From an uncultured virus (IMG/VR IMGVR_UViG_3300033148_003000) (lineage: Duplodnaviria > Heunggongvirae > Uroviricota > Caudoviricetes): 64,000 bases of DNA. Made by a program: the position numbers and the translations under genes. Positions 19,582 to 29,536 of this stretch are shown here, piece by piece (the first letter of the stretch is position 1; the number at the start of each line of letters is the position of its first letter). Under the pieces are notes generated by a model. That model was not told the DNA's origin. It worked only from the letters and a program-made list of their open reading frames with translations, and did no database searches. The DNA is taken from the IMG/VR virus record IMGVR_UViG_3300033148_003000. One strand, written 5' to 3'.

Positions 19582-20982
19582 TTGAAAATGATCTCCAATA
19601 AAATAATTTTAGAAATTTTTGAAAAGTTGGAAAAAAGAAATTTGGAAGTCTATCTAATAGGTGGTTTTGTTAGAGATACTTTACTTGGATTTCAACCCAA
19701 CGATATTGACATCTTGGTCAACACTCAAAATTTTGAGGAATTAAAAATTGTTTTAGAAGAAGAAGAATTTAAGATTTTGGATAATGGAGGAGATAAATTT
19801 TGTCATTATAAAACTCTGTATAAAGGTTTAGAGGTGGATTTTGCAACTCCTAGAGAAGAATCATACTCGTTGGAATCACGTAAACCTTTGGTAGAAAAAG
19901 GTTCTATGGAAAGTGAAATTGAAAGAAGAGATTTCACAGTAAATAGTTTTTACGCTAAAATACTACCGGATGGTAGCTTAACAGTTATTAATCCTGAAAA
20001 TCTGTGTGATTTAAACAATAAAATATTAAAAACTAACGGAGATCCACTTCAAACTTTTATAGATGATCCGGTCAGGGTATTAAGAGTAATGAGATTTGCG
20101 AAAAAATATGATTTTGTAATCCATTATACAATACAACAAGCTTTGAGAAATTTTGATTGGACACAATTTAAAAAAGTGTCGATTGAAAGAATCACCGCCG
20201 AAATTTTAAAATGTCTAGAAGTTGGCGAATCGTTGATAAAATTTGGTGTTATATTTAAAATTTTGGAAGTATTAACTAAAGATGATGAAAAATATAAATA
20301 TACCCAAAATTTTATTAAAAAATTAATTCATGATAATGATTACGATTGTAATTATAATTCTGTATATGATTATGAAACCCATACACATATTGAAAAAACA
20401 CTTAAACTTGCAAATAAAAGTAGTGATCAAATATTGGTTATGACAGCATGGTTACACGACTTTGGAAAGTTTGTAACCAGAGGGTATTCAGAAGAAAAAG
20501 AACGTTATACATATATAGGTCATGAAAAAGTGTCGGCTAAATTGGCAACTGAAATGTTGAAACTGTTTCGTGTAAATCAACAATTTAAAAAAGTTCCAAA
20601 AATTGTGGAAAATCACATGCGTATTAAATGGGTATTATCAATGAAACATGGAACTTTGATTAAGTTTATACAAAAAAATAAAGACGTTATAAAAGAATTG
20701 GTAAAATTTAATGAACTGGATTGGAAAGGTAAATCCTTAGAATGGCAAGAAGAAATGGGAACCGAACAAACTCAAATGGAAATTGAAAAACGTTTACAAG
20801 AATATTTTGACGCATTTCCATCTCGTAAAAAATGCAAACTACTTTTTGAAGGAAAATCGCCAGAACTAATACATAATGATTTGTGTCAAATAGTTAGAGA
20901 TAATTTAAATAAAAATAATCAATTGGGAAAAGCTTACGAAGAATACTCTAAATTTTGCGAAGAAGATGATAAAAATGGATAA
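19582..20982 (+). CDS. cca: tRNA nucleotidyltransferase (CCA-adding/PolA family) with HD domain
   Basis: GGFVRD..DIDI, RRDFTVN, DDPVRVLRVMRF, SIERI, WLHDFGK..GHE. Confidence 0.9.
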   Translation: MKMISNKIILEIFEKLEKRNLEVYLIGGFVRDTLLGFQPNDIDILVNTQNFEELKIVLEEEEFKILDNGGDKFCHYKTLYKGLEVDFATPREESYSLESRKPLVEKGSMESEIERRDFTVNSFYAKILPDGSLTVINPENLCDLNNKILKTNGDPLQTFIDDPVRVLRVMRFAKKYDFVIHYTIQQALRNFDWTQFKKVSIERITAEILKCLEVGESLIKFGVIFKILEVLTKDDEKYKYTQNFIKKLIHDNDYDCNYNSVYDYETHTHIEKTLKLANKSSDQILVMTAWLHDFGKFVTRGYSEEKERYTYIGHEKVSAKLATEMLKLFRVNQQFKKVPKIVENHMRIKWVLSMKHGTLIKFIQKNKDVIKELVKFNELDWKGKSLEWQEEMGTEQTQMEIEKRLQEYFDAFPSRKKCKLLFEGKSPELIHNDLCQIVRDNLNKNNQLGKAYEEYSKFCEEDDKNG

Positions 20983-21041
20983 AAGAGTTGCAAGATTTGG
21001 AATATACAACTGGATATGATGTTAGAAAGGGTATAAAATAA

Positions 21042-21581
21042 ATGATTGATTTTAAAGAAAATATTAATGGGTTGATTTTATATTTAATTAAAAATTATGA
21101 ACATTTAACTAAAGATCAAATTCAAAAATTGTTTTATTTTTTCAATATTATTATGAAAGAAAATCTAATATTTCATGTGTACTTTTTTGGTCCATATTCA
21201 GAAATTGTTGAAAATTCAATCGATGAATTATATGTAGAATTTTACATAAATATTAAAAGAAATCGAAATAAACCAGATACATATTTTATTGATGATAACT
21301 GTTTAAACAGTCACTCACAAAGTGATAATGAAAAAGTTGATGAATTATTAAAGAAATTTATTGAAGAAAATGATTTAAGACAATTCGCAGAATTGATTGA
21401 AGTATTTAAAAATGATTTACAAAGTCCTGATGAAAAGGAATTAGGTATGGCAGCAAAATCACATTTCTGTTTAGAGAATTACAATATTAACCATGTTGAT
21501 TATAAATATTGGTCAATTACTGAAAAACAGTTAAAAAAAGCTCAAGAAATATTGGTGAAAGTTAGAGAATTGGAGAACTAA
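21042..21581 (+). CDS. Panacea/SocA (DUF4065)-YwgA-like antitoxin-type protein
   Basis: IQKLFYF..YFFGPYSE motif. Confidence 0.55.
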   Translation: MIDFKENINGLILYLIKNYEHLTKDQIQKLFYFFNIIMKENLIFHVYFFGPYSEIVENSIDELYVEFYINIKRNRNKPDTYFIDDNCLNSHSQSDNEKVDELLKKFIEENDLRQFAELIEVFKNDLQSPDEKELGMAAKSHFCLENYNINHVDYKYWSITEKQLKKAQEILVKVRELEN

Positions 21582-21584
21582 AAG

Positions 21585-21989
21585 ATGGAAAATAAATCTA
21601 TTGATAGTATGATAACCAACTATCGTGTATGGGATAAAGAAACTCGACAATTTACGTATGTAAAAATTTGGGAATTAACAGAAAAATATTTTACTGAAGA
21701 TAAATATGTGACACAATCTTGTACCAATGCTGAAGATAGTAATAATATAAAGGTTTACCAAGGTGATATATTGAAAATTACTTGGTGGAATGTAACTGAA
21801 TATTATCAAGTTGTGTGGAATCCTAAATTGTGTGGATTTAAATTTGGAGATATACCTATGGCTTGTGTATATAATTCTCCTTATAATGGTCAATTAGCTG
21901 ATGAAACATTTATTGTTGGTAACATTTTTGATAAAGATCTATATAGGCAAATTGAAAATAAAGGAAACGGGTATGATAAGGAGAAATAA
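21585..21989 (+). CDS. YopX family protein
   Basis: YRVWDK..QSCT..VYQGDIL..IVGNIFD. Confidence 0.8.
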   Translation: MENKSIDSMITNYRVWDKETRQFTYVKIWELTEKYFTEDKYVTQSCTNAEDSNNIKVYQGDILKITWWNVTEYYQVVWNPKLCGFKFGDIPMACVYNSPYNGQLADETFIVGNIFDKDLYRQIENKGNGYDKEK

Positions 21990-22169
21990 ATGGTATATTT
22001 AACAAATAGTGAACAAATTTTAAAATTATTAAAAGAATTGGGTGAAGAAATTAAATTATTATCTCAAGATGTTAAAGAAATAAAAACAAAAATAATGGAA
22101 CATGATTATGAAATAGTATGTAATTGTGATTGTGAGGATATTCGTAATTTTCATAAATGGGAGGAGTAA
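21990..22169 (+). CDS. Hypothetical protein (59 aa, below ORF-track cut-off)
   Basis: AAGGAG RBS; MVYLTNSEQ..HKWEE. Confidence 0.55.
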   Translation: MVYLTNSEQILKLLKELGEEIKLLSQDVKEIKTKIMEHDYEIVCNCDCEDIRNFHKWEE

Positions 22170-22173
22170 ATAA

Positions 22174-23001
22174 ATGATTGAAGGATTTCGAAAAATAAAA
22201 GATAGAGAATTCTGCACAGATTATAAATTTATCAAAAATCCTGCATTAAAAGTGTACATGCATGTAACAGGTCCTTATCGTTTTAATGATTCTTATAAAA
22301 TAGTTTTTGAGGATTATGTAAGTTGCCCATTTAATATCGGTAATAAATATAATATACAACAAACTCGATATATTGAAAATTCTATTTGGAATTTTTTAAA
22401 TGATATTCCATTATGTAATAGTGTAGCATCTTTTAATTACTACCATAAAACTTTACCATTAAGAGAAGATTTGAAAGCACATTTTGGTAAATATAAAAAC
22501 TGGAATTGGAAGAATTTTGCAATTAGTATTGACAAATTTATGGATAACATAAATATTGAAATATTAGAACCTCAGTCTTTTAAAGACTTATGGGAAACAG
22601 ATCCATGTTTTCAACATGAAATTAAAATGACTTGTAAATTTAAAAATCAAAAAGAAATTGTCAATAACATATTTAATAAAAAATGTAATAACGTATTTGA
22701 TAATGAATTTTTGGTTGTATTATCAAGAACTGGGTTGGAATTTTATACATCAACATATCGGGATAAATATTGTGAATATGATAGTTTTATGTTTAAAGTT
22801 GATTATAATTTTCACAAACCTGTGATTAATGTAGAAAAATTAACAAAGAAATGTGTTAGTGATTTAACCAATTTTCATTGTAAACGTGTTGGTAATTTAA
22901 AAGACCAAATAAAAATTGCTGCTAAAGAATTTGATGTATTGTATGATTGTTTTGTAAACTACCCACAAAGTGGTGATAGTTTTGTTAACAAAGGGGAATA
23001 A
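22174..23001 (+). CDS. Hypothetical protein, paralogue of 59789..60487
   Basis: Shared MIEGF, YKNWxW, DPCF and F.VDY...KP motifs. Confidence 0.65.
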   Translation: MIEGFRKIKDREFCTDYKFIKNPALKVYMHVTGPYRFNDSYKIVFEDYVSCPFNIGNKYNIQQTRYIENSIWNFLNDIPLCNSVASFNYYHKTLPLREDLKAHFGKYKNWNWKNFAISIDKFMDNINIEILEPQSFKDLWETDPCFQHEIKMTCKFKNQKEIVNNIFNKKCNNVFDNEFLVVLSRTGLEFYTSTYRDKYCEYDSFMFKVDYNFHKPVINVEKLTKKCVSDLTNFHCKRVGNLKDQIKIAAKEFDVLYDCFVNYPQSGDSFVNKGE

Positions 23002-23309
23002 TGTCTCATTATGAAATAAATGTTATAACCCAATCAGGAGAAATAACTAGATTAATAAATTTTAGTTTATGGGAAGATGTTATTGAATATATAGAGACTA
23101 ATAAAAAGGTTAATTGTGAATATTTTATAGAAGAATGGCAGGAAGATAATGAGTATTATATATCTTTTGTTAGAAGGTATGATACGCAAGGTGGTGTAAT
23201 AAACCCCACAGAACCATTTATATCAACAAAACTGAAAAGTGATGCTGTTTATCTATACATTGAAAAATCTGAATTAAAACGAATGATATCTTATAATACA
23301 GAGGTTTAG
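23001..23309 (+). CDS. Hypothetical protein
   Basis: Translationally coupled ORF. Confidence 0.6.
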   Translation: MSHYEINVITQSGEITRLINFSLWEDVIEYIETNKKVNCEYFIEEWQEDNEYYISFVRRYDTQGGVINPTEPFISTKLKSDAVYLYIEKSELKRMISYNTEV

Positions 23310-23332
23310 AAAATATCTTAAAGGAGTTTGAA

Positions 23333-23695
23333 ATGTTAATGATATCTAATATTGATTTAGAATATGGACCACCAATGAAAGAAATAGTTGAAATTACTGA
23401 GAATGAATGTAAAAAAATAAAAATTGTAATTAAATATTTATTGGAAAAAAAAGAATATTTATATTTAGGTGAAATAGAAGGTAAACATTCTCAAGTTGAA
23501 ATGGATCTTGATGAATTAAAAGGGATTGAATTTATTGATGCAGATTGTAAAGAAAAAATTGCAGCATATCATTTACTTCGTCAATATTTACCTTGTAGTA
23601 TTGTTTGTGAAAGGTTATTAGAATATTACGATGAAGAATTACCAAAAGAGTTGTCATTAGATTATGAAGATGAACCACAAATTGAGGTAGAATAA
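23333..23695 (+). CDS. Hypothetical protein
   Basis: AAGGAG RBS. Confidence 0.6.
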   Translation: MLMISNIDLEYGPPMKEIVEITENECKKIKIVIKYLLEKKEYLYLGEIEGKHSQVEMDLDELKGIEFIDADCKEKIAAYHLLRQYLPCSIVCERLLEYYDEELPKELSLDYEDEPQIEVE

Positions 23696-23697
23696 TT

Positions 23698-23886
23698 ATG
23701 TATCATGCATTGAGAATATTATTAAAAGAAAAAATCGAAAATGAAAGAAACGAGTTAACACAATTTAAAATGTTTAACACTTATGAGATGAATGATCATG
23801 ATTTAGGGTTTGCTAATGGTTATGTAAAAGGTGTTGAAGACATGACCAGAAAGGTAAACACGTTGTTATTACATTTAGATAGATAG
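23698..23886 (+). CDS. Hypothetical protein
   Basis: GAGG RBS. Confidence 0.55.
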   Translation: MYHALRILLKEKIENERNELTQFKMFNTYEMNDHDLGFANGYVKGVEDMTRKVNTLLLHLDR

Positions 23887-24233
23887 TGATTAAATAAAAT
23901 GGAAAAAGAAAATTTTAAAGATAAATTAAACACTTTTTATATACAACAATATTTAAATTGGTTAAAACATTATAACATAAATTGGGTGGATATTCAATTA
24001 TAATGGAATCTGGTGAAAAGTCTGATAGTCCGAGGATATTAAAAGAAATTGAAAAGAGAAAAGAAGTTGGGATTATATAAAGAATATGTAAAGGGAATTA
24101 CGTAAACTTTACGAAATGTCCACGGAAATACACCTCACGTTGTCTGTATTAACATGAAACATAAAATAGGTGTATTGATGACCATGTAATATAAAAGTTA
24201 GTGTAGGGTCTTAGAATGTAAAAGGAGAATTAA

Positions 24234-24518
24234 ATGTTAACAAAAATTGAAATGGAAATGAATGCTTTACGAAGAATTGTAACAAAATTAACGAAAGATG
24301 TTATTGATTTAAAACAAGAACTTGAATACGTAAAAAAGAAAGTCTTCGATTTTGAACATAAATACGATAATTTAAAAACACAACCTTTACAATTTAAAAA
24401 TACCAATCTACCTAAAGTTATTGACAAATTTGAAGTACAAGGACAAGAATATTTTCAATTAGCAGACGTTAATGACGAGTTTGATGGAATTTTTGATCAT
24501 TTAAATAAAGGTGAATAA
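24234..24518 (+). CDS. Hypothetical coiled-coil protein
   Basis: AAGGAG RBS; heptad pattern. Confidence 0.6.
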   Translation: MLTKIEMEMNALRRIVTKLTKDVIDLKQELEYVKKKVFDFEHKYDNLKTQPLQFKNTNLPKVIDKFEVQGQEYFQLADVNDEFDGIFDHLNKGE

Positions 24519-24523
24519 TTGCA

Positions 24524-24721
24524 ATGTTGGATAATATGACTATAACTAAATTTTTACTTATTGTGTATATACTTAGTGTATCTTTTATGTGTTTAATTGC
24601 TACTATATCTATAGTAAATAATGGTAAAAATCAAGCGAAATATTGTGAAATAGCATCTAATGATAGTAGATCTGAGTATGATAAATGTGTAAAAAATTTT
24701 TACAAATATATAAAGGAGTAA
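24524..24721 (+). CDS. Hypothetical membrane protein
   Basis: N-terminal hydrophobic segment. Confidence 0.55.
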   Translation: MLDNMTITKFLLIVYILSVSFMCLIATISIVNNGKNQAKYCEIASNDSRSEYDKCVKNFYKYIKE

Positions 24722-24724
24722 ATA

Positions 24725-25015
24725 ATGATCAATGAAAAAAAAGTTATGTTGACAACCTTATTGAAAATTAGTACTAAAATGAAAGATCATCAAGAAAATA
24801 GTTTATATAAAATTACTGGGTTAGAAGAACATTTAAAATTTTGGTTATCTCATTTACCAAAAGATTTATATGATCCTGAAGATCGTAAAAAAATAGAAGA
24901 AATCATGATACCAATATTTGAGTTTGCATACCAAACGGGTTTTTTTAATGGTAGTGAATCAATATTTCATAAATTCATGGATGTTATAGATGAGGTTTCT
25001 AGGGATAGTGTTTAG
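24725..25015 (+). CDS. Hypothetical protein
   Basis: AAGGAG RBS. Confidence 0.6.
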   Translation: MINEKKVMLTTLLKISTKMKDHQENSLYKITGLEEHLKFWLSHLPKDLYDPEDRKKIEEIMIPIFEFAYQTGFFNGSESIFHKFMDVIDEVSRDSV

Positions 25016-25046
25016 AATTTAATTTATAAAGAAATTTTTACAATCA

Positions 25047-25075
25047 TTGATTAGTATAACTGTTTGTGTTATACT
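25047..25075 (+). promoter_or_regulatory. sigma70-like promoter
   Basis: TTGATT-17-TATACT. Confidence 0.65.
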
Positions 25076-25103
25076 AAAATAAAACAAAATAAAGGATGAT
25101 TAA

Positions 25104-25859
25104 ATGTTAATAAATAAAGAAGAAAAAATAAACAAAAAATGCCCAATATGTGGGGATGTAAATCAAACTCTTGATTGTTTACAACATCTTGATGATCTTG
25201 AATTATGCAATAAATGCATAGGTAATTATATTGGATTGTTAAAAGAAAAAGATCATTACTTGTCGTTTAAAGATATTCCAATATATGAGGTAATGATAGA
25301 AAATACGGATTTTTTATTAAAAAAATATAAACAATATAATATACCAGTGATTGTAATTGAGGAGTGTATTATTTGTAACAAGAGATATTCATTAAATATA
25401 AAAGATTGGGTGTGCAATTATATTTGTACAACCTGTCAAAATAAAAAGGAAGAAAATATAAACAAAAATTTAAAGAAAATAGGTTATTCAGAAAAAGATA
25501 AATTAATTATCAAAAAATATGTAGATGAACAAATTACTGAACAAAAAGGAAAATTTAAAATGAAAAAAGTTGTAATTAAAAGTAAGTCAAAAGAAGTAAA
25601 TATTGAAAAATTTGACGTAAATAAAATATACGCATTTCAATCCACATATTCTGGTATTATTTATAAATTAAACAAAAGTAATGGTGAATATAATTTTATA
25701 ATTGTTCAAAAATCAATAGGTGTTTATGGTGATGGATGTAAAACAGGAATAGATGCATTGCGATATCTAATCAACAATTATGAAGTTGTTTATGAATTTG
25801 ACAACTTTAAAGATTTTTCACAGTGGTGTAATAAACAATCAACCGAAATGGAGTGGTGA
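25104..25859 (+). CDS. Zn-finger protein fused to a paralogue of 57317..57613
   Basis: Four CxxC pairs; C-terminal part begins MKKVVIKSKSKEVNIE..NKIYAF. Confidence 0.6.
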   Translation: MLINKEEKINKKCPICGDVNQTLDCLQHLDDLELCNKCIGNYIGLLKEKDHYLSFKDIPIYEVMIENTDFLLKKYKQYNIPVIVIEECIICNKRYSLNIKDWVCNYICTTCQNKKEENINKNLKKIGYSEKDKLIIKKYVDEQITEQKGKFKMKKVVIKSKSKEVNIEKFDVNKIYAFQSTYSGIIYKLNKSNGEYNFIIVQKSIGVYGDGCKTGIDALRYLINNYEVVYEFDNFKDFSQWCNKQSTEMEW

Positions 25860-25881
25860 ATAATTTAAAAGGTAAAAATAT

Positions 25882-26856
25882 ATGAAAGTATTATCTTTAT
25901 TTGATGGGATAGGTGGCGCAAGACAAGCACTAAAAGTTGCTAATATTCATGTTAGTAAATACTACGCATCTGAGATAGATAAATGGGCGATTTCTGTTGT
26001 TTCTAAAAATTTTCCAGATGTAAAACAAGTTGGTGATATTACCAAACTGAATTTCAACGATTATAAAGAAGTTGACTTACTTATTGGTGGGAGTCCATGC
26101 ACTGGATTTTCATCGTCTGGTAAAGGGTGGAATTTTGAAGATCCCAAATCTAAATTATTTTTTAAATTTGTGGAAGCACTTAATATTATAAACCCTAAAT
26201 ATTTTCTTTTAGAAAATGTTAAAATGAAAAAACAGTGGAAAGAGACCATCACCCAATATGTAGGTGTTAAACCAGTTATGATTAATTCTTCACTTGTAAC
26301 TGCCCAAAATCGTAAACGTTTATATTGGACTAACATACCCAATGTTGAACAACCTAAAGATTTAGGGATTATACTAAAAGATGTGTTAGAGGTTCAAAAT
26401 TTTGATGAAATTAAAAATGAAAATATTTCAGCAAGAATAGTTGGACGTAGAATAAACAAAGAAGGAAAATGTGAAGACTGTAATTCCAACTTAATTTTGA
26501 AACAATATGTAGAGGTTAATAAAAATCCTAAAAAAACAAACACATTAACAACAGTTGAAAAAGATAATATTTTGATAGACAAATTATTCATGGATACCCA
26601 AATTAGAAACAAGTCTAAAACTGTGAGAGTTGGTGGTCGTGGTAGTTATGATCGACATGAATGGGATAGTGTAGACAAAAACCATTTTAGGAAATTAACA
26701 CCATTAGAGTGTGAACGATTACAAGGGTTTCCCGATTTTTACACTGACTGTATATCAAAAACTCAACGATTTAAATGTTTGGGAAATTCTTTTACAGTTC
26801 CAGTGATTGCACATATATTAAGTTATATAAACAGAAAGGTAAAAATAGATGACTAG
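25882..26856 (+). CDS. DNA (cytosine-5)-methyltransferase
   Basis: LSLFDGIGG, GGSPC, LENV, QNRKRLYW, ERLQGFP, LGNSF. Confidence 0.92.
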   Translation: MKVLSLFDGIGGARQALKVANIHVSKYYASEIDKWAISVVSKNFPDVKQVGDITKLNFNDYKEVDLLIGGSPCTGFSSSGKGWNFEDPKSKLFFKFVEALNIINPKYFLLENVKMKKQWKETITQYVGVKPVMINSSLVTAQNRKRLYWTNIPNVEQPKDLGIILKDVLEVQNFDEIKNENISARIVGRRINKEGKCEDCNSNLILKQYVEVNKNPKKTNTLTTVEKDNILIDKLFMDTQIRNKSKTVRVGGRGSYDRHEWDSVDKNHFRKLTPLECERLQGFPDFYTDCISKTQRFKCLGNSFTVPVIAHILSYINRKVKIDD

Positions 26857-27310
26857 AATAGTTCCTTATAAAATTTGGGAAGAAATATAAGAAAACAAAT
26901 TAAGAAAAAGGGGAATTAATAAGGACGACACGTATTTATATTATTCAGTTGTGCAATATCATCCATCAACTATAAAAAATGAAAGATTTAATGTTGGTTT
27001 GATTTTTTATTTTCCTTCAATACAACAATATTATAAAATGGTGATTCAACCCCACGGAAATAAATCTAAAGGGTTGCAATTGATGGGTTATCCTCAAGGT
27101 GAATTGTTCTTTTTGTCACTGAATAATTGGATATCTCAAATTGAAAAATCAGGTGTGATGACTAATAGAAATGATTTTAATTCTCAATTATTTAAAAGAT
27201 TTTCAATAAAATATTTAAGTACTAAGATGATAAATGCAAAACAATTAAATAATGGTGATTATTTTGAAAAATTTGTAAAAGATAGATTTAGAATATTAAT
27301 AGGAAATTAA
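26849..27310 (+). CDS. DUF3037-like protein; likely start ATG 26849 with in-frame TAA at 26888-26890, or shortened product from GTG 26951
   Basis: YSVVQY.P...ERFNVGLI motif; AGAAAGG RBS before 26849. Confidence 0.55.
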
Positions 27311-27312
27311 AG

Positions 27313-27536
27313 ATGTATAAATTAATAGAAAATGATGACTCCTATGGAGTCACTTAACTAATGATGGATTTTATAAAACTGAAGGAATGGAAATTAAGAA
27401 TGTTGGTGTCTTAGTAAGAACAACTAATATCAGTGGGGATTTTACAACAGTTTTTATTCCAAATGTACAATTGTGTATAATGGGTAAATATAATATAAAT
27501 AATGAATGGTATTATTGTTTGATAAAAAGTGATTAA
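27313..27536 (+). pseudogene. Small phage gene frameshifted by a 29-bp palindromic micro-insertion
   Basis: Removing the 29 bp between the two AATGATG copies (27331, 27360) restores a 64-aa ORF MYKLIENDGFYKTEGMEIKNVGVLVRTT..FIPNV..KSD. Confidence 0.7.
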
Positions 27537-27551
27537 TAAGGAGAATCGTAG

Positions 27552-27872
27552 ATGTTTGACAAAATTGAAAACTGGTTTATACCTTACGAGTATAAGGAAG
27601 AAAAATATAAAACAAGATTAGACGATAACATCAAACTACTTTTAAACAAATGTTTAAAACTTAATTCAGAAAATATCGACTATATCACTAATCTACAAAT
27701 ATGGGAACCAGAACATAATCAAATTGACTATTTACCGTTTATTCCTAAACTAGAAAATATTGAAAAACAAAGTTTAGATGAAAAAGAAAAAACCTATAAA
27801 AATTTAGTTGTATTATACAAAGATTTGTTTGTTAGAAATATAAATTTTGAAGATACTTTTAAAGAATATTAA
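27552..27872 (+). CDS. Hypothetical protein
   Basis: AAGGAG RBS. Confidence 0.6.
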   Translation: MFDKIENWFIPYEYKEEKYKTRLDDNIKLLLNKCLKLNSENIDYITNLQIWEPEHNQIDYLPFIPKLENIEKQSLDEKEKTYKNLVVLYKDLFVRNINFEDTFKEY

Positions 27873-27901
27873 CTAGTAAACAAAAATTGGTTACATAAAT
27901 T

Positions 27902-28159
27902 GTGAAAGGTATTAAAATGGGTAAAATTGTAGAAATCGTACTACATCATAATCCTGATGATACAAATAATTTATTAGATTATCATAAACAAGTAGATGGT
28001 TGGAGTACATGTGGATATTGGTGCCCTATTCGTCCAATTATTAAGATCGGAATAATCAAAAGATTTGCAATTAATTGTAAAAATAGGTTTAATTATTGTT
28101 TACGTTACCTATACAATCATGTGGTAAGGTTATTACCTAAACAATTAGGAGACAAATGA
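27902..28159 (+). CDS. Hypothetical protein
   Basis: ORF; ATG 27917 after AAAGG probably the true start. Confidence 0.5.
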   Translation: MKGIKMGKIVEIVLHHNPDDTNNLLDYHKQVDGWSTCGYWCPIRPIIKIGIIKRFAINCKNRFNYCLRYLYNHVVRLLPKQLGDK

Positions 28160-28533
28160 TGGAAAATAAAATGGAAAATAAAATACAAAATTTGCTAAAT
28201 ACAAATGTAAATAAATTGTTGTATTTAAATAACGTTATTGGTGATTATAATAAAATAAAAATAGATACTCATGATAAAGATTACAATAAAATGATACTGA
28301 ATGGGTTGATTCGCCAAAAAGTGTTAACAATTGATCATAATCTTACCGAACAGGGATGTGGTTCGTATTCTTACACTTATGTGGTTAACAAGAAGAATTT
28401 ACCAAAAGTTGTTAAAAAAACCAAAAATCTCATAATTAAACAAAAAGAAGTTTTACTGTTTCTTAGTGAAGGTGTGAAACTGTCCCGCAAATCTCATCAA
28501 TATTATTTAAATTTTTTGAATAATTGTTGTTGA
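28156..28533 (+). CDS. Hypothetical protein
   Basis: AGGAG RBS, coupled to upstream ORF. Confidence 0.55.
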   Translation: MMENKMENKIQNLLNTNVNKLLYLNNVIGDYNKIKIDTHDKDYNKMILNGLIRQKVLTIDHNLTEQGCGSYSYTYVVNKKNLPKVVKKTKNLIIKQKEVLLFLSEGVKLSRKSHQYYLNFLNNCC

Positions 28534-28678
28534 TAATTAGGGTTGACATTAAACTGTTATAAATATTATCAACGTTTAAAATTTTCTTTTATATTTTTTT
28601 AACGTAAATTTACACAGAGTCTTAATATTAAAGTGTTATAAATATTGGTGACATTAATATTATAGGGTGTATTTGGGA

Positions 28679-29081
28679 ACCAGCCTTAGTGTCAACAATC
28701 CAAGTGTCAAACGTACACTAAGGGGGGTATATTGTCCAGCTCACACTAAGGGTAGGTTAGTGTCCGACACACAATAAGGCTGGTAACAATTCAATTTCAA
28801 TATACACACTGTTGAGTATGTAATAATCGTTAACGGTGATAGATGTATAGTATGTAGTATGTGTAGTACGTAGTATGTTGAATACGGAGTATGTGGAGTC
28901 ATTTATTTGTGTAGTAACGAGTATGTTTACTAATGAGTATGTATAGTAGTGGTTATATTTAATAAGGGTATTCAATAGGTATGTGTAAATGTTTAGTATG
29001 TTACTTGTTGAGTATGTGTTATGTTTACTATTGAATGTTTGGTAATTAAGTTAGTGTTTATTGTACACTATACACTAAGGT
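28679..29081. repeat. Non-coding repeat block with ACACTAAGG motifs and nine AGTATGT copies
   Basis: Motifs read directly (see findings). Confidence 0.75.
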
Positions 29082-29092
29082 GGGTATAAAAG

Positions 29093-29111
29093 AACCTCCT
29101 ATTTAGGAGGT
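29093..29111 (-). terminator. Intrinsic terminator
   Basis: ACCTCCT AAAT AGGAGGT followed by TCTTTT on minus strand. Confidence 0.7.
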
Positions 29112-29120
29112 ATAAATTGG

Positions 29121-29441
29121 TTATACAAATACTAGATAATGTCGATTTTTATAATCACTTGGTTTAATATAGGACAATCTGAAGTTAAACAGGTCCATCC
29201 ACCTTTTAAGGTGAGGTATCATATAGAACGGTACATGAGAACATTCAATGCAATCATGGCAGTTCTTAACAAAGGTGTTATCACCTTTATCAATCCATTC
29301 AGATGCTAATTTACATTTGAGTTTAATACTCAAGTACTCAAACAAGTTCGATCTTTGTTGGCCGTACTTACCAACTATACGGTCTTTTACAAACTCATTA
29401 TAATTGGTTGTTTGGTTCATAGTCATTGTTAAATTTGCCAT
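29121..29441 (-). CDS. Hypothetical protein
   Basis: AGGAG RBS before ATG 29441; Cys-rich segment. Confidence 0.6.
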   Translation of the reverse strand: MANLTMTMNQTTNYNEFVKDRIVGKYGQQRSNLFEYLSIKLKCKLASEWIDKGDNTFVKNCHDCIECSHVPFYMIPHLKRWMDLFNFRLSYIKPSDYKNRHYLVFV

Positions 29442-29480
29442 GGTGTTACTCCTAAATTGTGTAATCACTGCCTTGATTAA

Positions 29481-29517
29481 AGGCTTTAAACACTCAGTAA
29501 ATGAGTGTTTAAAGCCT
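29481..29517. other. Perfect 16-bp stem-loop between two genes (possible RNase III or mRNA stability site)
   Basis: AGGCTTTAAACACTCA-gtaaa-TGAGTGTTTAAAGCCT, no U-tract. Confidence 0.6.
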
Positions 29518-29536
29518 GCAATTAAGCAGGCTTAAA

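Noticed and set aside
28757..28975. 72-aa Thr/Tyr-rich ORF; similarly 37077..37340 and 37663..37845
   Set aside because: They arise from low-complexity repeat or promoter DNA and lack an RBS.
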